Assembly: GCA_043228905.1 (NCBI GenBank)
Contig: JBHGNT010000013.1
Coordinates: 9,362,001-9,426,000, forward strand
Length of the DNA: 64,000 nucleotides
DNA from: Azolla caroliniana
Lineage: Eukaryota; Plantae; Polypodiophyta
Direction of reading: 5' to 3'
Shown here: piece by piece, positions 25,619-37,700 of the stretch
Numbering within the stretch: position 1 is the first letter of the stretch
Layout of the letters: every line of letters starts with the position of its first letter
Made by a program: the position numbers and the translations under genes
Notes under the pieces: generated by a model
Told to the model about the DNA's origin: nothing
Seen by the model: only the letters and a program-made list of their open reading frames with translations
The model's database searches: none

Positions 25619-26492
25619 TGTCGGGGTAGTTGTGGTTCGTGCGGCGAAGTCGCAGGGACTAAGGTTAAGGGGAGTTGAAGGAACTTTTATAAGGCTTGCG
25701 CGCAAATGTTAGGAAGATAAAGGATATGAAGAATAATAGTTTAAAGTAATATGTGTGAGAGAGAGACTAGTATAGATAAAAGATAGAGGCAATGTATGAT
25801 TCAAGACGCAAGATAGAGACAAAGTATGATTTAAGACAAAAAAATATATGATATGTATTACGAATACAAGATTTTACCAACTTTACAATGTTTGGTAGCA
25901 AGATGAACCCTTTCTCTACCGACCCTTGATTCGAACTCACGACCTCAACTTCGAAACGAGAGGTTCTCCACCCAATGAGCTAGTCTTCTTCAATTGATTG
26001 TATTATTTTTTTACTCTCTCTTGATTCCTTTCCTTGTTTTCCCTTTCCCCTCTTTATATAAGTGTTGCCATGCATATGGTAATGTATGGGAGCATGGCAT
26101 GCATGCAATGCATGAGTTACATGTAATGCATGATCGCCATTTGGCGCACATGCATTGCATGTGATGAATGATGGCTATGTATGAAAATAGATATGGGATA
26201 AGTATAATGATGAAAATGCATTCTAAAATAACTAACCTAGTTTAGTGGTGTATGCTTGGTGCTTGGTATACAAGGTTGAGGGTTCAAGTCCCTCAATTTT
26301 ACTTAATACAATATATAGCTTCATTCTTATATCATGAAGCACATTTATTACACACTTTTACAAATAAATAGCCTAGCCTAGTGGTATGTACATTGTACAT
26401 CATATATAAGGATGTGGGTTCAAGTCTCTCAGATATTATTAAATACAATATTTAAGCTCATTTTTATATCGTGAAGCACATTCTTCACGACA
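25619..26492. mobile_element. Solo LTR inserted in the 3' LTR, carrying three tRNA-like modules
   Basis: TGTCG...CGACA termini; TSD ACGT (25615-25618, 26493-26496); the host LTR resumes on both sides. Confidence 0.85.
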
Positions 26493-27874
26493 ACGTTCGT
26501 TTTCTTCCTTGCTCCTACCCTTGATCGGTTATCCCTCGGTCCAGGATCCCCGTGATCCCGCCTCGTTCTACACGCACGCGCGTAACAACATGACAACGTT
26601 GTCGTCTCTTTTGCCATGCTAAAGTAGACGTTTTCAGTTAGGTGCATTCGAATGGTGGAGCGTGCGATTTCGTCCATTGATCTCCACTGATCGGCTGACA
26701 TTGAAACAGGCTTTTCGGAGTGTCGAATGGCCTCGACCTGTCTTCGAATAATCAGTACATCCTGCATCATCTTCTTCCATAGGGCAAAGTTTTTGCCGTC
26801 GAATTTTCTGATTGTTGATGCCATGATTCTCTCGGAAGTGAGATTTACTAACCCATGCCTTTCTTTCAGCCTTTTCTATTGTCTATTGCCGCCGAGCAGT
26901 AGATTGCTCTAATACCAGTTGAAGGGTGTCTGTGTGCGGAAACGTATGAGGATATGTGTCAGTTCGTACTCAGGAAACAACACAGAAAGAGAAGCAAAGA
27001 TATACACAGATTGAAGCTTTAATGGAAGCTTTATTATATTCTCTGTATCTCTCTCTCAAAGATTCGATATATGATATTTGATCAAGGAGATCGTCATTTT
27101 ACAACGTTAGGTTATTGCTTATATATACTAAGCCCTAACTATGTGGACGAGTTCACACTAGGATACAAGGTAGAAGGAGTTCACCTTTTATGCCAACAAT
27201 TCTCTTTGATCATGAGCATCAATTGTAGATCGAAGAAGCACGGTGGCTTCTCCTGTGTGCATATTGTCATCTGGATTGGCCCGTACCTCTGCATTAGACC
27301 ACCGAGATAAATCTGTACCATCTCTTCCTCATCCACCGTCATGTTGATAGATCCTAGGGCACCAAAGATCTGCTTTATTTTCGTGGTGTAGTCAATCACG
27401 AACATATCCCTCTAGTGGATATTGTTGAGCTCTTGCCGAAGTTGCAACTTCTGGGTCGTGGTACTTGCGGCAAAAATCTTTTTAGATTTTCCTAGGCCTC
27501 CTTCGGCGTCGTTGGGTCTCTGATGTAGCCCAACATCTGGTCGTGCACACAAAACACAAGGCAACATAGAACTCTGCTCGCTGCTTGCTTCACACTAGGT
27601 TCTGGTGCTACCTCGTTCGCTCCTTCCACGTAACTCCAGTAATCGTGCCCCAACAAGTACTGGTGCATCTTGTAAGACCAAGGTGCATAGTTGCTCCGGT
27701 CAAGCTTTTCTGTAGGAAGCGAGCTTGCCATGCTTCTGTCCATTTCTCTATTCTTTCTCTGTTCGTATCGGGTGTTAGGTCTTGGTTTGTCTGAAAGCTT
27801 TGTCGGCATCAGAGGATTTTCAACCCTCGTGCTCTGATACCATTGTTGAGAATCAAGCTCAACATAGTGCAACG

Positions 27875-30800
27875 TGTGAACACACCTTTTGAGAGTCTAT
27901 GATTACTCAAAGGTCAAGAGTCACACCACTATCTCTCTACACATTAACTATGTCTCATAGAATCATATTCTATAACTCATGACTATGAGTCTTCACATTC
28001 CCCTAGAGAGAGTGGTTGTTGTAGTTAGTTAATGAAGAGAGAGGGTGACTATATATAAAGCACCCTTCTCCTACTTTATATTAAGTTGGTTGTGACTCCT
28101 TGTAATGCTACATTTTTGTATTTCATAATCTCCTTGTGAATATACATCTTCTTCTTCTTGAGTATTCTATTTCCATTCTATCTATCCATCTTGTGTCTTC
28201 TCTTCTCTTCTCCATTTCCTCTCACACATACACATAACACATATCTCTTCCGCTACACAACAATCATACCTGATTCTTTACATGGTATCAAAGCGGTTTG
28301 GTAGCTCGATCTAGCCCATCCACGTGTGTTGTGTTCTATGTAGACATTCGAGAAGAACCGGCCCAACGCTATCGTAGTGTGACTACATAGCTCGTATTCG
28401 TGAGATAAGGAAAAGAAAAGAAGGAAGAAATCTTCATTGACAATGAATACTCAAATGGGGAGCGCTCTCCCTAGCGAGAAGCTAGATTGAAACAACTTTG
28501 CATCTTGGGACTACAAGATGCACCAATACCTTGTCGACCAAGGATATTGGGGTTACATCAAAGGAGCACAAGAAAACTAACCCGACCCGAAAGACGCTGA
28601 CTACGCAAGCAACATGGGAGCAAACGGCAAGCCGAGTGATGTAATGCTTGGCACGACCACATGCTTGGGTACATTCGAGAAGCCGAGACGCCAAAGGAAG
28701 CGTGGAAGAATCTATGAAAGATTTTCACCGCCAACACAACCGCGAGAAAGCTTCAACTCCACCAAGAGTTGAACAACATCCAACAAAGGGATATTTCCAT
28801 CACAAGCTACACCTTGACAATCAAGGAGCTTTGCGACTCGCTCGGCTCGGTAAGCGTCAATGTGGACGATGATGAGATGGTGCAAATATGCCTTGGCGGC
28901 CTTGCACCACGGTTCAACGCGATGAGGACCGTCATATTAGCATGGGAGAATCCGCCCTCCTTCGATCTTCAATCCATGTTGTTGGTCGAAGAAAACCATG
29001 TTCGAACAAGGAGTAATGCTTCCGAAGGCCACATGCTTTACTCACACTCGGACGGAGAAAGACGACGTGGCCATGCAACAAGAGCCCAATGCAGCCAAGG
29101 ACGAGGCAGAACGTATGAAAACAACTCGCAATTTTGGCATCAAGACGGAAGGCATCGAGGAACCTTCGGAAGAAGGGGGAGCTTCTATTCCGGTCCGAGC
29201 CCGCAAAACTCGGTCGAATGCGGATATTGCAGAAAAATCGGTCACCACGAAGAAGAGTGTCGTAAGAAGATACAGGAGTCGGCTTCCATAAGCCGACAAC
29301 TCACCAATTACGCTACCAACTCTGACTATAACGACCATGGCCGAATGTTTGTGATGAGACATAGAGAAAATTCTATGTCGGCTTCTACTTTGAATAGCGC
29401 ATCTAGTCTGGAAGACGTATGGTTCGTCGACTCCGGTGCCTTGAACCATATGACGTCTCATCAAGAATGGTTCCGAGAACTTCGAGAGCTAGACCGACCC
29501 GGCTAGTCGAAACCGGAGATGACACTACGCATCCGATTCAACAGATCGGCAATGTCCCATTCGGCAAAGAAGGTAACCAAACTTTTATTAAAAATATCTT
29601 GCATGTACCAACCATTACAAAGAATTTGGTCTCCGTCGGCCAAATTGTTGAGCAAGGGATGTGTGATAGTGATTTTAGAATTCAAGGGATGTGTGATAGT
29701 GATTTTATATAAAGGAAGAAGAGTAAGGTGGTAGGAGAGTCTCTTTTTGGTGATGATTTCTTTCCAATTCATGTAGTGTTGTTTGAATTCTTATCAATAG
29801 ATATTTATAGTTGTATATTCTTTGTCTCTTTCTTGTGATGTTTTCTTGCCTATTCACGTAGTGTTGGTTGAGTTGTTATCAATTTATCCTTGTAGACTTG
29901 GATTTATGTATCTTCTTTCTCTCTTCCTTCCATCATAATTATTCATTAGCAATAGATCTTTGTGGTTTTGGGTCTATTTATCTTCCTTATGTCTCCTTTC
30001 TATCATCTCTACCTCATCAGGATGCAAGTACGATTTAATCAAGGTGGTTGCTTCATCGAAAAAGAGGGCCGACTCATCGCTCGCGGACGAAGAGAGGGCC
30101 GAATGTTCATTCTTGACTCGCACGAGATGAAATTGGCTATGTTCGCAAAGGGCACAAAAGTTAATTCCGACATAGAGTTATGGCACAAGCGGATTGGCCA
30201 TATCAACCTCCAAAAGCTCAAAGCAATGCAATTGAAAGGAGTCAGCATAGGGCTCCCGAAACTCACGGAGAAAGAGATTGAAGGTGTGTGTGCCGCTTGC
30301 CAATTCGGCAAGCAACATCGGCACCCATTTCCGAAGGAGCAAAACGTGAGCAAAGGCATACTTGACGTAATTCATTCCAATGTATGGGGTCCGGCTCAGA
30401 TGGCTACATTCGAGGGATGCCGATACTACGTGACCTTCATCGACGACTTCTCCAGGCACACCTGGATCTGCCCATGCAGCAAAAGAGCGAAGTGTTTGGA
30501 CACTTCCAAAAATTTAAGAATGACGTCGAGAAAGCCACGGGCCGACATGTACAATGTCTTCGGTCAGATGGAGGCAAGGAGTACTTCTCCGACGAATTTT
30601 CAGCTTTTCTATGGAAAGAAGGAATTCGGTGAGATTTTTTGTGTCAACATATGCCACAACAAAACGGAGTCGCCGAACGAAAGAATCAGCACATCCTCGA
30701 AGTAGCACAGGCCATGATGAACGAAAAGCACCTACAGAAGTCGCACTAGGCAGAAGCGGCTAACACGACCGTATACCTCATGGATCGGTGTACAACATCG

Positions 30801-31194
30801 GGTGTGCACAAACTTACTCCGCACGAGAAGTTTTTCGGGAAGAAGCTGGATCAATCACATGTTCGGATATTCGGCTCCATTGCATACGTGCACATTCCCG
30901 ACGAGAAGCGACAAAAGCTTGACCCGAAGTCAGAGAAATGTATCCTCGTAGGATACTCACTGGAGGAAAAGGGGTACAAGTGTTATAACCCGTCTACTTG
31001 GAAGGGTCGAGTAAGTCGAGACGTCGTTTTTGACGAGTCCGCATCTTGTGAATATACATCTTCTTCTTGTTGAGTATTCTATTTCCATTCTATCTATCCA
31101 TCTTGTGTCTTCTCTTCTCTTCTCTATTTCCTCTCACATACACACATAGCACATATCTCTTCCACTACAAAAGAATCATACCCGATTCTTTACA
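27875..31194 (+). mobile_element. Copia element D: 5' LTR 27875-28282, PBS, gag-PR-INT, then a deletion joining INT to a partial 3' LTR (~31046-31194); no RT
   Basis: PBS TGGTATCAAAGC at 28283; knuckle CGYCRKIGHHEEEC; PR WFVDSGA; INT LWHKRIGH, FIDDFSR, VSRDVVFDE. 31046-31194 repeats 28132-28282. Confidence 0.88.
29662..30019. mobile_element. Solo LTR in the copia D coding region
   Basis: TG...CA termini; TSD GGATG (29657-29661, 30020-30024); removing it restores EQGM|QVRF. Confidence 0.85.
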
Positions 31195-31727
31195 ACCATG
31201 AAATGAGTTATGTGCAGAAGCTCATAGCCACAACCAGTTATAACTGGATAGCAACCGAACACAGATGAAGGTTTAAGGGAAAGCTTAGAAAATACACAGA
31301 GAACATGGGAGAGAAAGAAAGAACACAACACAAAAACTCTATTTGAAAAATAACACTTTGTACATACAATGTGCTCAGAGAGCACTTTTATACAAGTCCT
31401 TAAAAGGACTAACAAAAGTATTGAGAAGTACTTGAATGCTCATAACTGAGCTACTAACATGAATTCCCAAAATTATGCCTATCTACTAGGCTAGGGTCAT
31501 AGGCCTCTAACGGCCTGCCAGTTCTCGTGGATCCGGCTTTCCGATCCGGCTCACCGATTCGGCTCTCGGCTTATTTAGCTGATCCGGCCCATGTTGATGT
31601 GCTCAACAACCATGTAGTGGATGTGTTTAACACAACAATTGACTACAATTACAATACAAGAGGTCAAGTGTTTGAATCTTGACATGACTTTTGTCATGTC
31701 CATGACAGTGATTGAGGTTGCTTCAAG

Positions 31728-34700
31728 TGTGGAGCCCCACACTTATCCCGGTAATTTCCCTAGTCAAGATTGAGGAAGAAGAAGATGAGATGGAGTCCCA
31801 TGTTCGTATGTGGGTAATGGTTGTGAAGTTGTGTTCAATCAAGACCGAGGAAGGTAGTCCCAAAAGGATCGAAGAACCCCAAGGGAACCAAAATCAAGAC
31901 TTGGGAATCGAGGTTGTCCCAACCAAGATTGAATCCCAGGATGCAAAGGAGGACAAAGGGACATAAGGATCCTTAAAGGATGAGATCGAGCAATGGTTGG
32001 GAATTGGATGTCTCCCAACCAAGGCAAGCAAGAAAGGGGGGAAGCGTTAAGAACAAAGGCAAAGGAAAGATGTTGGAGAATGTAACCAAGTCGTAAACCC
32101 AAGAAATGAAGGGACAAGGACCATTTTTTGCGCTTGATGTGTTAAGAGTCTAATACTAATCAATAGACCAAAATAAAGTAAAAAGAAGGAAAATAGATTG
32201 GATAGAAGAACCCGTTCCACCCGACCACCCCCGAGCTATGATCTAGACATAGCCAACCTACCACCGACGTCCCATACCCTAGTTATTAGGATGACTAATA
32301 CCTTGGAAGAGATAACACGATCATCGAAAACAAAGCCTAGCCCGCACCACTGGTGTCTAAGACAACAGCCTTCCGACGTAATGTGCTTATAAGGGTAGCT
32401 AAGCCCCTTGAATATATGTGCCTTTCTAAAAGGCTCTCCATTCATTGGTTGTCCAAATCATGGTAGTGCATGCACCTATCATTCCTTCTACCCAATCATA
32501 TTAGTTCCCGCTTTAACATTAGTGAACATACCCTTCACTTATGTAAATATTAGTGACCTAACCTCACCTACGTTATGTGTACATAACATACTCCCCTACT
32601 TCAAAAGATTGCACTCTTGCAATATAAAATGAGGAAATTGTGCCTTAAGAGTATGCTCATGTTCCCATGTGACATCATCAATAGGTTTATCCATCCATTT
32701 GATCTTGAATAGCCAAATCTCTTTAGAACGTAAACGTTTAGTACGAGAATCAAGAATTCGTTCAGGAACATGAGGTTTGTAAAGAAAACCTCTAATGTTA
32801 CAAGATCTTGGATGGTGATGGTGTTTTCTCCAGATCCTACAAAAGGTTTTAGACGACTGATGTGAAAAACGGGATGAATACCAACGTTACGGGGTAAGGC
32901 AAGGTGATAAGCAGATGACCCAACTCGCTTAAGGATTTCAAATGGGCCACAATATCGTGGGGCTAACTTAACGCACTTGCCCGTAGACAATGACGTAGAG
33001 CTGGTAGGGACACACAAAAAAACTTTTTGACCAATGGTAAATGCATGAGGACGTCTATCTTGATTAGCATAAAGTCGAGCACGATCTTGAGTTGTCCAAA
33101 CATTTTCTTTGGCAATATGCAACATTTGGTTCATTTCTTGCAAAATATTGTGTGTACTGTCTAATGTATCACGATGAATCGTGACATCAATTGGGGCACG
33201 TGGCTGAAAACCATACATTGACATAAAAGGACTATATCCAGTGGATGTATGTTTAGAGCTATTATAGGCAAATTCTAAGATAGCAATGTATTGCTCCCAC
33301 TTAGAAGGGGTTTTTGCTACATAAGCTCAAAGCATGTCCTCAATAATTTTATTAACTCATTCAGTTTGTCCATCAGACTGAGGATGATCTGCGGAACTCA
33401 TGCTCAACGTAGTTTCTAGTTTCTAAAAAACATGAGTCCAAACGTCACTAGTAAATCTGGAATCTCGATCACTAACAATATCCATTGGTAATCCATAAAA
33501 ATGAAATAACTCATCAACAAACTGATAAGCCCATTGTTGAGCGGTTATCATGGTTTTGGTAGGAATAAATCTAGCCAATTTTGTTAGTCTATCAACGACA
33601 ACCCAAATGGCATTGTGACCCCTTTGTGTACGAGGTAAACTAACAATAAAATCCATCGAGATACTTTCCCATTTGTTGTTGGGAATATTTAAGGGATGTA
33701 AAAGACCAACAACTTTAAGTCATTCCGACTTATTAACCTGACATTGTAAGCATTGAGTCACGTATTTATCCACGTCAGAGCGCATCTTAAGCCAGAAAAA
33801 GCACTCGAGATGCGAAAGAGTGTGCGTTGTATTCCAAGATGACCAGTAGATGGTGCATCATGACATTCATGAAGAGTTTTTAGTTTTATGTTTGGTAAAT
33901 TTGGAACACATACCTTTCCACTACGGTAGAGCAAACTGTTTGTAATGTGAAAGGTCGCCTTCGAGGGTAGGGTACTAGTGACATCATCTAAACTAGATTC
34001 AACTTTCGTCTAGTATTTTGAGAAATAACTATCATCAAGGTATTTCCCTCGAAGGTGATCTAAAAGATTAGATTTTATATCCGTGAAGCTAAGCATGTTA
34101 ACTTCTTTAATGCGACTAAGGGCATCTGCAATGGTGTTCATAAAACCCTTGCAATACCGTATGGAAAAATCAAAATCTTGCATAAGGTCAGCCCAACGGC
34201 CTTTACGACCAACAAGATCTGGCTGGTCACAAAAATACTTCAAGGATTGATGGTTCTTTGTAACCACAAATTGATTTCCATATAGATAATGTTTCCATAT
34301 TTTTAGTGCATGTATTATCGCGAACAACTCTTTCTCTTGAAACGAATACCGAGATTGAGTAGCATCAAACTTTTTACTTTCAAAAGCGATAGGGTGACCC
34401 CCTTGATAAAGGACGACACCAATAACATAATCACTAGCATCAGTTTCGATTGAGAAAGTCTTGGAAGGGTCCGGTAATAGAAGAGTGGGAGCTTGACACA
34501 CATGCTCTTTGAGTGTCTCAAATGATGTCTCAAGTTTTTCATTCTAGGAAATTGGTTTGACAAACTTGCGTGGATGATCTTTTAAAAGGTTAGTGAATGG
34601 TGTAGTCAATTTGGAATAGTTACGAATTGATTTTCGTAAAAATCTAACAAATCCTAAGAATGCTCGAAGTTCACGAATATTACGAGGAATGGGCCAGAGT

Positions 34701-37700
34701 TTAACCTTTTCAATACGAGAAGGTTCAATTTCAACGCCATTTTCCATAATTAAATGACCTAGGTACATAGATTTTTGGAAAAAATCACATTTTGAATGTT
34801 TGCATAAAAAGGGTTGTCACGCAACTTTTGCAAAACAAATCGAACATGTTGAACATGATCTTGCAAGGTACAACTATATATAAGAATATCATCCAAGAAG
34901 ACGACAACAAAATCACCGAGTTGATCTTGGAAAACGTCATTCATCGCTTGTTGGAATGTGGCTGGAGCGTTAGTCAACCTAAAAGGCATGACGAAAAACT
35001 CATAATGGCCATAACATGTATGAAAAGCAGTTTTAGGAATATCATCATCGGCAATGCGAATTTGATGATAACCTGTTCCTAAGTCAATTTTCGTAAAATA
35101 TCGGGCCCCATGCAAACGATCAATCAAATCATTGTCATGAGGTAACGAATATGCATTTTTATTGTCATTTTATTCAAATGACGATAATTGATACACATTC
35201 TCCATGAACCTTCCTTCTTCTTAATTAATAGAACTGGTGCACCCCAAGGTGATTTATTATACCTAATGTGACCCATACCAAGTATTCCATAGGTTGTTTA
35301 TCAATCTCACCATCTTCTAATCAACTAAGTCGATAAGGTGAAATGCTCACAGGAGAAGCACCGGGGATGAGTTCAATTTGATGGTTCACATTACGTTTTG
35401 GTGGTAAAGTAAGCGACAATTCGTTAGGAAACACGTCTTGAAAATCGTATAAAATAGAGTCGAGTAATTATCATTCATAATGCGGTAATTGTGTGGCATC
35501 AATATTAAAATAATAAAATTGAAGTGCAGGATCAATTACACATGAATAAATTGATGAACTAGAATACTCACTTAAAGATTTATAAGACACAAGTGCACGA
35601 GAAGGAAGTTTGGAACATTGAATAAAATGTTTATAATTATTAAGTTCAAATGTGATTGAGTGATTAACCTAATCAATGGACAAAGAAGGGTTTTTATTAA
35701 AAAACCAAGGGTATCTTAAAATGACATCTACGGATTGTAGTTTCATAACATGAAAGTCAAGCTTCTCCAGATAGGTATCTATTTGAATTGACTATTGACA
35801 AACAATCCCACTGATGTATTGAACACCTCCATTTGTCATGTGAACATGATAGATATGATCACTTGCGTTTATGTGGAGTTGCATTTGCTGCACCAAGTGA
35901 TCATTAAGAAAATTTTGAGAACTACCGGAATCAAACAAGAAATGTGCTTGTGTTCCATTGATATACCTGACTGCTCGGAATAAATCATTAGGTCCAAGTA
36001 AATATGAAGGAAAAGTGCATTCACATGAACTTAAGTGGTTGGTATGAACTTCAATCACATCAAAAGACTCACCTGTGTGACTCGTAGATTTGTCTTGAGG
36101 AGGAGTGTTCATTGACTTCCTCTCAAGACAACGACATGTATCCTTTGTGTGACCCCGCTTCTTGCAATATGCACAGAAGAGGTTTGGTTTGTTTGAGTTA
36201 TAGTCAAGAGTTTCATTGGATTACTTACGTTTCCCAATGAACTTGACATTCCGAGTTTTGGCGAACTCAGGTTTATTGTGGTATTTCTTGGAAGTCCTAT
36301 GGTACCAAAGTACAATGTTGACGGCTTTCTCGAAAGTTGTGGGGTCCTTGTCATGGACAATCCAATGGTAATCCCCATTGGGAATACCATTCAAAAAACA
36401 AGCGACAAACCATTTCTCACCTGTAAGTCCTGATTTTGGGATATGGGTCCGAGCATGATGCACATAATCCTCGAGAGAGCTAAATGACTTACTCGACAAC
36501 GTGAGCAAGTGTTGTGCTTGTTCGGTTTGAGAAGGTGGCTACAAGAATGGTTTCTTAATAACATCAACGAAACCTTCCCAAGTTGTGGGTAAGTTCTTTG
36601 CAGTCCTTAGGTCGCACCACCAAGTAGCAGCTCGGCCACCTAAGTCACGATCGACATAACCAAATTTTATAGCATTGGGCTTGGGATGGACCTCAAATTG
36701 AGACTTGCAACGACCAAGCCAAGTGCTAATGGCCTCCTCGGTTCTTTCTTTCTTATCTCCCTTGAATGGCGTGACTATGAAAGAAGGTTCATCTTCTTTC
36801 TTGGACTCTATAGTAGATTCTTGGAATTTCTTTTCCAAAACCCTAAACCCTTGCCTCATTTCAACCAATTGATTCAAGGTAGTAGTGAGCAATTGCTCAA
36901 TAGTGATCTCAGTTTATGTGTGAGATGCGAATTGCGGTTGAGAGGTCTCGGTCGGAGAGATCGCTCCAATAGTGTTCAAAACTTGTTCCATGATGCAAGT
37001 TGTGTGTACACAATATAAATAAAGAGGTTTAGAAAATACACAAGCAAAATGAATGCTTGAAATTTTGATTGGAAGAACTTTATCCAAGAAAGCATCTCAT
37101 GTCTTTACCCCTCTAGACATATGAGATGTGATTCAAGATCCGATAACTATGGTAACACTATGGTGTTTTAAAAACCATGGGGGAAAACATAGCAAAGATA
37201 TCTTTTTCAGATCTTTATCTTGAATAATCATGGCGGCCCCCCGAGGCTCAACCATGGTTCTATGATCAATGTAATGTCCTAGTTAGCCTTATATAAAAAT
37301 GCCAATTCAGCATGTATTGATATGGTCGAGAAAGTGTATTACATGCAAAAACAAGTGCACTCGCAAGTAATATTCTAGTCTTGCGAGTAGCAAGCAAATG
37401 TTATGAAAAAAAAGAGAAAAATAAGTCACTACCTATAAGAGTCAAGAAGTGACGAAAACAAGGTTCAAAAACCATGCGTTGTCTACTAAAAAAAATTGCC
37501 ACAAATAAATGGATGGTGCGAGGTATGCACATATCCATCCCTATTTGGTGGTTGTAATTTGCACAAGTGTGACATAAGTCACAAGTTGATACAAGTGGTG
37601 GTGATGGTGTGCGCAAAGATGTAGTACTAAAATCTATGAGTAAAACATCAATAGGGGAATTCATGTGGTTTTACTCGAGTTCTAAGGCTCGATAACATAA

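Larger units (their letters stand above)
22770..26595 (+). mobile_element. Non-autonomous gag-only LTR retrotransposon (TR-GAG-like); 5' LTR 22770-23449, 3' LTR 25030-26595 (interrupted)
   Basis: Two near-identical LTRs TGTC...TGACA; PBS TGGTGAAGCCAACATGA at ~23454; PPT GGTGGGGGCGGA before 25030; TSD ACGT (22766-22769, 26596-26599); no RT/INT core. Confidence 0.9.
8653..27180 (-). mobile_element. Ty1/copia element A (Tnt1-like), split into 8653-10432, 22695-22769 and 26596-~27180 by insertions
   Basis: gag reads through both insertions (MASTIRKFDGKNFALWK...KETTT|FSLWEKLQAVYEKKSSSSKLILIK|QLFNMKMRE). PBS TGGTATTAGAGC at ~26906-26917; PR WLLDSSA; INT LRSDNGGEY, QNGVAER. Confidence 0.88.
27181..31608 (-). 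mobile_element. Truncated copia element C: gag 5' part (27181-27750), tRNA-Met PBS, and 5' LTR 27844-31608 interrupted by copia D
   Basis: MASSLPTEKLDRSNYAPWSYKMHQYLLG; TGGTATCAGAGC at 27831-27842; LTR termini TGTTGAG...CTCAACA. Confidence 0.75.

Noticed and set aside
25921-26430. Functional tRNA genes
   Set aside because: Only A/B-box-like parts are recognisable; no convincing acceptor or anticodon stems, and they lie inside an LTR.
26429-26824. 131-aa ORF as a novel protein
   Set aside because: Chimera of the copia gag N-terminus reading into inserted LTRs; the same applies to 22689-22952, the tail of 8605-9162 and the N-terminus of 42063-43103.
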